Source of the DNA: Bacillota bacterium
Lineage (GTDB): Bacteria > Bacillota > Clostridia > Christensenellales > Aristaeellaceae
NCBI GenBank assembly: GCA_023444095.1
Contig: JAEZRP010000006.1
Span: 1 to 64,000 of the forward strand
Direction: 5' to 3'
DNA: 64,000 nt
Both the position numbers and the translations under genes were made by a program. Positions 57,602 through 64,000 of this stretch are shown here, in pieces. The notes beneath the pieces are model-generated. The model ran no database searches and was not told the origin of the DNA. It saw only the letters and a list, made by a program, of their open reading frames with translations. Each line of letters begins with the position of its first letter. Position 1 is the stretch's first letter.

Positions 57602-58921
57602 ATGAAAATGGGCAAGGGCGGAATCCATATCGGGCAATATCGCGTCACACCACTGGGAATCGCGGTGTTCGGCGCTATTCTTCTTGCGCTCGCCATCATC
57701 GCGGTCATTCTCGTCATGAATCAAATTTCCACCGATCCCACGATCGCGGGACCCGGCCCGGTGGACGGCGGACCAATGGACGGCGAAACCGTCATCACAA
57801 CCCATACTCCCACCCCGGCGCCGACGCCCGAGGTAACCAGCGAGCCGACGCCCGAGCCGGAACCCACGCCCGCCTCCGCGCGCATCCGCTTCCTCGGCGA
57901 GATCTCGGCGGACGATAACGTGCTCTCCGCGGCGCTTCAGGAGGACGGGAGCTATGACTTCTCCTCCATGTTCAGCATGATCGCGGGAGCGGCCAGCGAC
58001 GCGGATTACACGGTCGCGGACGTCGAGGGTTCCATGGGCGACATGGGCGAGGGTTACAGCGGGAAGACCCAGTATCACACACCCGACTCGATCATCGGAA
58101 ACCTCCGGGATGCGGGCGTCGACATGCTCGCCCTCGCGAACGACCACGCGCTCGACGTGTTCTTCGAGGGCCTGCTCGACACGATTGAAAACTGTAAGGC
58201 CGCAGACATGGCCTACGCGGGCGCCGCGGCGACGCAGGAGGAAAAGGATACGCCGAACATCGTCGACATCAACGGCATCAACGTCTGCTTCCTCAATTAT
58301 ACGACCACGCTCAACTCCAACGAAAAGGCGACCAGCGAGGACGCCGTCAAGTACGGCGTGAACCTCGCCTCCCAGTCAGACGCCAAGGCGGACATCGAGG
58401 CGGCGCGCGCCGCCGGTGCGGATGTGATCGTGGCGATCATGAGCTGGGGCGACGACGGAGAATCGAAGATATCAAGCGTGCAGACAAAGGTTGCGAAAGT
58501 GCTCGTGAACGCGGGCGTCGACGTGATCGTCGGCTACGGTCCGCGCGTGATCCAGCCCGTCTACTGGCTGGAGGCAAAGGATGACGAAGGAAACGTGACC
58601 CACAAAACGCTCTGCGCCACCTCGCTCGGTACCTTCCTTTCCGATTCCAACGAGAAGAATCGGGACTTCGGCACGATCTTCGAGTTCACGATTCGGGAGC
58701 AGGAAGACGGCGGCTTCACGATCGAGAGCCCCGTGAGCATTCCCACCTACGTGTGGCGCGCGGCGAACGGCGACAAGACCGACTACCGCGTGCTCGCCTG
58801 CGGCGAGTGGCTCGAGGAACAGCCCGAGGGCATGTCCGACGAGAACTACGCGCGGATGCTCGAGATCTGGAATAACATCGGCGGGATCCTGACGGACGCG
58901 ACGACCGTTGAAGCAAACTGA
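57602..58921 (+). CDS. CapA-family protein (PGA-synthesis CapA-like metallophosphatase fold) with N-terminal TM and Pro/Thr linker
   Basis: ...DMLALANDHALD... is the CapA/metallophosphatase motif. There is a TM near the N-terminus. The start is at MKMGKGG with a cggaggtg RBS. Confidence 0.7.
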   Translation: MKMGKGGIHIGQYRVTPLGIAVFGAILLALAIIAVILVMNQISTDPTIAGPGPVDGGPMDGETVITTHTPTPAPTPEVTSEPTPEPEPTPASARIRFLGEISADDNVLSAALQEDGSYDFSSMFSMIAGAASDADYTVADVEGSMGDMGEGYSGKTQYHTPDSIIGNLRDAGVDMLALANDHALDVFFEGLLDTIENCKAADMAYAGAAATQEEKDTPNIVDINGINVCFLNYTTTLNSNEKATSEDAVKYGVNLASQSDAKADIEAARAAGADVIVAIMSWGDDGESKISSVQTKVAKVLVNAGVDVIVGYGPRVIQPVYWLEAKDDEGNVTHKTLCATSLGTFLSDSNEKNRDFGTIFEFTIREQEDGGFTIESPVSIPTYVWRAANGDKTDYRVLACGEWLEEQPEGMSDENYARMLEIWNNIGGILTDATTVEAN

Positions 58922-58976
58922 CGGCAAACAAAACCGGTCTCCCAAAAGGGAGGCCGGTTTTCTCATGAAGGCCGCG

Positions 58977-59288
58977 CTATTCTTCCTTGATCATGTGCCC
59001 GTTCGGCAGCGCGCGGTACCTGCGATTTTTATTCTTCTCCATCTTTTTGAGGATCTCCGCCTCGAGGTCGACGCCCGCGATCTCGGAAAGCCCGAGCAGA
59101 TAGATCGCGACGTCGGCCAGTTCCTCGGCAAAGTCCGCCTTTGACTTCAGCGCATGGGCGCGGTACGCCTCGCCGAGCTCCGTCATGATGAGGCAGAACT
59201 CCATTTCGACATTTTCCACGTTGAAGCCGTGTGCGACCTTGTTTTCATAAACCATCTTCTGAAGCTGATTCAGGTCAACCATTTTCAC
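58977..59288 (-). CDS. MazG-like nucleotide pyrophosphohydrolase
   Basis: ...EELADVAIYLLGLSEIAG... is the EExxD motif of all-alpha NTP-PPases. Confidence 0.65.
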   Translation of the reverse strand: MKMVDLNQLQKMVYENKVAHGFNVENVEMEFCLIMTELGEAYRAHALKSKADFAEELADVAIYLLGLSEIAGVDLEAEILKKMEKNKNRRYRALPNGHMIKEE

Positions 59289-59787
59289 ACGCTCCGCAAT
59301 CCCCGTCGCAGCCGGCGCAGGCGTTGTGCCCGCCGCACGCGCCCTCGAGGTTGATCTTGTCGCCCATGACGCGCATCATCCTGTGCGGACGGCCCTCGTC
59401 GTAGACGACCTCTCCGTACGGTTCGAAGCCGTACCTCTCGTAAAAACCGACGCACTCGACCTGCGCCGAGAGCGTGACGGAGCCCGCGTTCAGCTCCTGC
59501 GCGCGGTAGAGGAGCATGCGCATCACGAAGTCGCCGACGCCCCTTCCCCGCCACTCCGCTTTCACGCACACGCGCCCGATCCGGAGCCCGCCTTCAACGT
59601 ACAGCCTGCCCGTCGCAACCGGCGCGCCGTCTTCAAAAACGAGCGCGTACATGGCCATCCCGTCATGCTGATCGGGTTCGCTCTCCGGCGAATAGCCCTG
59701 CTCGTCCACGAATACCGCACGCCTCAGGGCGATGACGTCCGTCAGGTCGTCCTTCGAAGTCAAATAAGCCCCACGTATCACAAGCAT
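59275..59787 (-). CDS. GNAT-family N-acetyltransferase with an unusual Cys/Gly-rich C-terminal tail
   Basis: A GNAT core (...RGRGVGDFVM...) ends in GACGGHNACAGCDGDCGACENG. The start is at MLVIRG with an aaaggcgg RBS and a TGCTATAAT -10 upstream. Confidence 0.55.
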   Translation of the reverse strand: MLVIRGAYLTSKDDLTDVIALRRAVFVDEQGYSPESEPDQHDGMAMYALVFEDGAPVATGRLYVEGGLRIGRVCVKAEWRGRGVGDFVMRMLLYRAQELNAGSVTLSAQVECVGFYERYGFEPYGEVVYDEGRPHRMMRVMGDKINLEGACGGHNACAGCDGDCGACENG

Positions 59788-59926
59788 ACCGCCTTTCGCA
59801 TCCATTATAGCACACGGCGGCGCGCGTGTAAAACAGTAGGGTTCAAAGATCGCTGTTGATTTTCGCAATGCGGCGGGGTATAATATGGGCGGTGCCCAAA
59901 TTCGGGTGTGAAAGGAGCGTGATCAC

Positions 59927-60250
59927 ATGGAAGACGAACTGGATCTTGTCGTCTTTGAGGATGACGAGGGGAACGAGTTGACCATGGAAGTGCTCGATTA
60001 TTTCTTCTATGAGGGTCAGGAGTACGCACTTCTGTCCGAAGTGCAGGACGATGGCGCAGACGAGGATTCCGAACGCGAAGTCGTCGTGATGCAGGTCGTC
60101 CCCGTGGGTGACGACGAGGAGGAATTCATTCCGGTCGACGACGAGCTGTCCGAGAAGCTTCTCGAGATGGTCGAAAGCGGCCTCTATGACGAGGACGAGG
60201 AATTCGACGAAGAGGACGAAGAGAACGAGGCCGAAGAAGACGAGGAGTGA
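59927..60250 (+). CDS. DUF1292-family small acidic protein
   Basis: ...DDEGNELTMEVLDYFFYEGQEYALL... plus an acidic tail; 107 aa. Confidence 0.6.
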   Translation: MEDELDLVVFEDDEGNELTMEVLDYFFYEGQEYALLSEVQDDGADEDSEREVVVMQVVPVGDDEEEFIPVDDELSEKLLEMVESGLYDEDEEFDEEDEENEAEEDEE

Positions 60251-60278
60251 CCCCGGATCCCTCAATCTGACAGGATCA

Positions 60279-60309
60279 GCCGCCGCGCGATGAGCGCGGC
60301 GGTTTTTCT
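60279..60309 (+). terminator. Rho-independent terminator
   Basis: gccgccgcgcGATGAgcgcggcgg is followed by TTTTTCTGG. Confidence 0.75.
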
Positions 60310-60420
60310 GGCGGTTTTTGCGCGTTCAGCAATATATCACCAGACCGGTGGTCTTTATTTTTAACACGTAGACATGTATAATGATCTATATGAAATGATC
60401 ATACCGAAGGACGTGTTTAT

Positions 60421-62769
60421 TTGCCTGAGTCAAATGTCAAACTGCCGATGATCCCCCTCCGGGGCATCATCGCGTTTCCCACGACGGCTGTGACCTTCGA
60501 CGTCGGCCGGGACAAATCGGTCAACGCGATCGAGCGCGCGATGGAAGGCGACCGACGGGTATTCTCCGTCGCCCAGCGCGACGCAGCCAACGACCAGCCG
60601 CATATCGGAGACGTGTATCAGGTCGGCACGATCATCCTCCTCAAGCAGCTCATGCGCCTTCCAGACGGCACGGTGCGCGTGTTCGCCGACGGCGTTTGCC
60701 GGGCGCTTTTGACAGACGTCATCGAGGGCGGAGAAATCCAGATCGCGGACATCTATCCGGTTAACGAGTCCATCGAAGTTGAGGGGCTCGAGCTCACAGC
60801 CTGCACGCGCGTCATCAAGACCCGCGCGGCCAAGCTCGTGCGCACGCGCGCGACGGGCCAGGCGGAGCTTTCATCGGCCATCGCGGGCGAGCGCGACCCC
60901 GCGGCGCTGTGCGACCTCGTGGCCGCGAACCTCATCGGCGACGTCGGGGACAAGCAGTCCGTTCTCGAGTGCATGGACATCCAGCTGCGGCTCGAGACGG
61001 TTCTTCGGCTCGTGACGCGCGAGTTGGAGCTTGCCAAGATCGAGGCGAAGATCGCGTCGCGCGTGCGCGAGAACATAGACAAGTCCAACCACGACTACTA
61101 TCTGCGCGAGCAGATCAGCGCCATTCAGGAGGAGTTGGGCGAGGACGAGGACGAGGACATCGCGGCTCTTCGGGAGCGGCTCTCGAAGTCGAAGATCGAC
61201 GGCGAGGCGCGCGAACGCACGGAGCGCGAGCTGAAAAGGCTTGCGCGCATGACCATGCACTCCCCCGAGGCCAGCGTGTCCGTCAATTACATCGAATATA
61301 TGCTTTCCCTGCCCTGGGGAAAGAAGACCGAGAAACCGGTCGACATCCGCAAGGCCCGCTCCGTCTTCGAAGCCGACCACTACGGCATGCGCGAGGTGAA
61401 GGACAGGCTGCTCGAGTACCTCGGCGTGCGCGCGCTCAATCCCGGGGTCAGAAGCCCGATCATCTGCCTCGTCGGCCCGCCCGGCGTCGGCAAGACTTCC
61501 ATCGCCCGCTCCGTCGCCCGCGCGCTTGGCAGGAGCTTCGCGCAGATGTCCCTCGGCGGCGTGCACGACGAGGCGGAACTGCGTGGGCACAGGCGCACCT
61601 ACGTGGGCGCGATGCCCGGACGCGTCATTTCCGCCATCGAGCAGTGCGGCACGATGGACCCTGTGATGCTTTTAGACGAGATCGACAAGCTCTCGAACTC
61701 GCTGCACGGGGATCCGTCCTCCGCGCTTCTTGAGATCCTCGATCCCGAACAGAACGTCCGCTTCCGCGACCACTACGTGGACGCGCCGGTCGACCTCTCG
61801 GACGTGATGTTCGTCACGACCGCGAACACGACCGAAACCATCGACCGCGCGCTTCTCGACCGCATGGAACTCATCGAGGTCTCGAGCTACACCATCGAGG
61901 ACAAGGTGCAGATCGCGAAGCGCCACCTCGTGCCCAAGCAGCTCAAGGCGCACGGACTCAGGGCTTCGCAGGTGAAGTTCCAGGAGCCGGCGCTCCGGGA
62001 GCTCATCGACAAGTACACCCGCGAATCCGGCGTGCGCACGCTTGAGCGGCTGATCGCGAAAATCTGCCGCAAGGCGGCGCTGAAACGGAGCGAAGACGCA
62101 TCGCAGAAGACCGTGACGGTCAACATAAAGCTGCTTTCTGATTTCCTCGGCGCGCCCAAGTATCTGCGCACGCCCGTCAGCGCGCTCTCGACCGTGGGGG
62201 TCGTCAACGGGCTTGCGTGGACGAGCGTCGGCGGTGAGGTCATGCCCGTCGAGGTCGTTTCCCTCGATGGCGGCGGCGCGATTGAACTGACCGGGAAACT
62301 GGGCGAGGTCATGAAGGAATCTGCGAAACTCGCGCACACGACCGTGCGCACCCAGCTCGCGCGCTGCGGCCTGCCGACCGACTATTTCAAGACGCACGAC
62401 ATGCACGTACACGTCCCCGAGGGCGCGGTGCCCAAGGATGGGCCGTCGGCGGGCGTCGCGATCACCTGCGCCATGCTCTCCGCCGTGACGGGGATCCCCG
62501 CGCGCGGAGACATCGCCATGACGGGCGAGATCACGCTCACCGGACGCGTGCTGCCCATTGGCGGCGTGAAGGAAAAGCTGCTCGCGGCGTACCGGATGGG
62601 CGTCTCGAACATCCTTCTGCCCCGCGAGAACGAGAAGGACCTGGAAGAAATCGACCTGAGCGTCCGCGGCGACATGAACGTGAAGCTCATCGACCGCGTG
62701 GAGGAGGCTTTCGCGCAAGTGCTGACGGAGCCCGTTTCCCGCAAGACGGAACGCATGAGGGCCATATGA
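60421..62769 (+). CDS. lon: ATP-dependent Lon protease
   Basis: A LON N-domain, an AAA+ domain (GPPGVGKTS) and a Ser-Lys protease domain (PKDGPSAG). It uses a TTG start. Confidence 0.9.
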   Translation: MPESNVKLPMIPLRGIIAFPTTAVTFDVGRDKSVNAIERAMEGDRRVFSVAQRDAANDQPHIGDVYQVGTIILLKQLMRLPDGTVRVFADGVCRALLTDVIEGGEIQIADIYPVNESIEVEGLELTACTRVIKTRAAKLVRTRATGQAELSSAIAGERDPAALCDLVAANLIGDVGDKQSVLECMDIQLRLETVLRLVTRELELAKIEAKIASRVRENIDKSNHDYYLREQISAIQEELGEDEDEDIAALRERLSKSKIDGEARERTERELKRLARMTMHSPEASVSVNYIEYMLSLPWGKKTEKPVDIRKARSVFEADHYGMREVKDRLLEYLGVRALNPGVRSPIICLVGPPGVGKTSIARSVARALGRSFAQMSLGGVHDEAELRGHRRTYVGAMPGRVISAIEQCGTMDPVMLLDEIDKLSNSLHGDPSSALLEILDPEQNVRFRDHYVDAPVDLSDVMFVTTANTTETIDRALLDRMELIEVSSYTIEDKVQIAKRHLVPKQLKAHGLRASQVKFQEPALRELIDKYTRESGVRTLERLIAKICRKAALKRSEDASQKTVTVNIKLLSDFLGAPKYLRTPVSALSTVGVVNGLAWTSVGGEVMPVEVVSLDGGGAIELTGKLGEVMKESAKLAHTTVRTQLARCGLPTDYFKTHDMHVHVPEGAVPKDGPSAGVAITCAMLSAVTGIPARGDIAMTGEITLTGRVLPIGGVKEKLLAAYRMGVSNILLPRENEKDLEEIDLSVRGDMNVKLIDRVEEAFAQVLTEPVSRKTERMRAI

Positions 62770-63371
62770 CCATTAAAAGCGCCAATTTCGTGGTGTCGCT
62801 CGCGGAACTGAGGCCCTTCCCGAAGAAGGGCCTCCCCGAGATCGCCATGGCGGGCAAATCGAACGTGGGCAAGAGCTCGCTCATCAACAGCTTCGCAAAC
62901 CGCTCGAAGCTCGCCCGCACGTCCGCCGAACCGGGCAAGACGCGCCTCATCAACTTCTACGAGATCAACGAAACCTTTTTTCTCGTCGACCTCCCGGGCT
63001 ATGGCTTCGCGAAGGCGTCCAAGGACGAGCGCGACAAGTGGGGCAGGATGATCGAGGGATACCTTGAGAACTCGGAGGAGCTGAAGCACGTCCTCCTGCT
63101 CGTCGACGTCCGGCACGAGCCGACGAACGACGACCAGCTCATGGTCGAGTATTTGAGACATTACGAAATCCCGTTCACCGTCGTCGCCACCAAGTGCGAC
63201 AAGCTCTCGAAGGCCGCGCGCGGTCGGAACATCCCCGCCATCTGCAGAAAACTCGCCGTGCAGCCCTGGGAAATCATCCAGTACTCCTCCGAGGACGGCA
63301 CGGGAAGGGACGAACTGTACAAGTCAGTCGAGGATACGCTCGGGAGCGCCGCCCCCGAACCCCCCGCTTAA
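62766..63371 (+). CDS. engB: Ribosome-biogenesis GTPase YsxC/EngB
   Basis: G1 GKSNVGKSS and G3 DLPGYG motifs. The start overlaps the lon stop by 4 nt. Confidence 0.85.
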   Translation: MTIKSANFVVSLAELRPFPKKGLPEIAMAGKSNVGKSSLINSFANRSKLARTSAEPGKTRLINFYEINETFFLVDLPGYGFAKASKDERDKWGRMIEGYLENSEELKHVLLLVDVRHEPTNDDQLMVEYLRHYEIPFTVVATKCDKLSKAARGRNIPAICRKLAVQPWEIIQYSSEDGTGRDELYKSVEDTLGSAAPEPPA

Positions 63372-63424
63372 GGGCCATTCGCCCGAAAGATTCCCAAACC
63401 AAACGATCAGGATACCGTTGTACG

Positions 63425-63468
63425 TCGGCGGCTCGGAGGCCCAAACTCCGAGCCGCCGAGTTTGCTTT
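63425..63468 (+). terminator. Rho-independent terminator after engB
   Basis: cggcggctcggag...ctccgagccgccg is followed by AGTTTGCTTTG. Confidence 0.65.
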
Positions 63469-63650
63469 GTGTGGAAGGCATTGCGGAAGAGGCGGGTGGG
63501 CATACCCTTGTAGCTCTGTCAAGGTTGCCACGACATTGAATCGGCCGTCCGAGGCTTGACCCCGGACGACCGACGAACAAGAATGATCGATTTTTCCCAT
63601 CACAGAACCAAAGGGATGATGAAGGCAGCGCCCCGTCCCCTCACCGCCTC

Positions 63651-64000
63651 TCAGTTACGAAGGCTGCCCAGCGGTGCGGGGATGCGCCCGCCGCGGTTGA
63701 TGAATTCAACAGAAGAAAACTCCCGTACGGGGATGACGGGCGCGCGGCCCAGCAGGCCTCCGAACTCGACCATATCCCCCACCGATTTTCCGGGCGCGGG
63801 AATGACGCGCACGGCGGTGGTCTTGTTGTTGATCATGCCGATGGCGGCCTCGTCCGCGATGATGGCGGAGATGGTCTCCGCGGAGGTGGAGCCGGGGATG
63901 GCGATCATGTCGAGGCCGACGGAGCACACGCAGGTCATCGCCTCGAGCTTCTCCAATGAGAGCGCGCCTCGCTCGCAGGCCCCAATCATGCCGATGTCTT
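63651..64000 (-). CDS. C-terminal portion of a UPF0210/DUF711-family (COG2848) protein; the N-terminal part lies beyond the window end
   Basis: ...[15 protein letters not shown]...[13 protein letters not shown]... resembles the conserved C-terminus of UPF0210 proteins. The ORF is open to the window edge. Confidence 0.45.
   Translation of the reverse strand, partial: DIGMIGACERGALSLEKLEAMTCVCSVGLDMIAIPGSTSAETISAIIADEAAIGMINNKTTAVRVIPAPGKSVGDMVEFGGLLGRAPVIPVREFSSVEFINRGGRIPAPLGSLRN

Overview
This is a high-GC (~62%) chromosomal core region from a spore-forming Firmicutes/Clostridia-type genome. I found no transposase, integrase, CRISPR array, rRNA or tRNA. The sequence is densely coding. Recognisable housekeeping blocks include: (i) the 3' part of a ulaE/sgbU-like epimerase, the RNase P RNA gene (rnpB), and a minus-strand run of a COG1579 zinc-ribbon gene, nif3, trmK, sigA and dnaG; (ii) a long minus-strand operon carrying two anomeric-kinase-like (NahK-family) genes, a sugar-1-phosphate nucleotidyltransferase, a ROK kinase, TraX, a large polytopic membrane protein, a GDPD phosphodiesterase, a tandem ThyX-like protein and a C26 amidotransferase-like hydrolase; (iii) a two-component system, nrdR, ylmC, and the sporulation block spoIIGA-sigE-sigG with Spo0A-box-like motifs upstream; (iv) a flotillin-NfeD pair, PrsA, a 1-phosphofructokinase, and a dprA plus ferritin-like gene pair; (v) a ~1700-aa secreted protein with four peptidoglycan-binding domains and near-identical tandem Ig-like repeats separated by Pro/Thr/Glu linkers; (vi) a RadC/JAB gene and a signal-less L,D-transpeptidase; (vii) cls, ybaK, an uninterrupted sigK, mltG, ylbF, rnj and trxA; (viii) a ~990-aa membrane protein carrying 13 tandem extracytoplasmic His/Cys3 zinc-ribbon-like repeats, divergent from a capA-like gene across an AT-rich control region; (ix) lon-engB. 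The most unusual items are the His/Cys3 repeat-array protein, the giant PG-binding repeat protein, the kinase and nucleotidyltransferase salvage pair, and the ThyX-like tandem protein with a split motif. All functional calls rest on my reading of the translated ORFs and remembered family motifs; no database searches were run.
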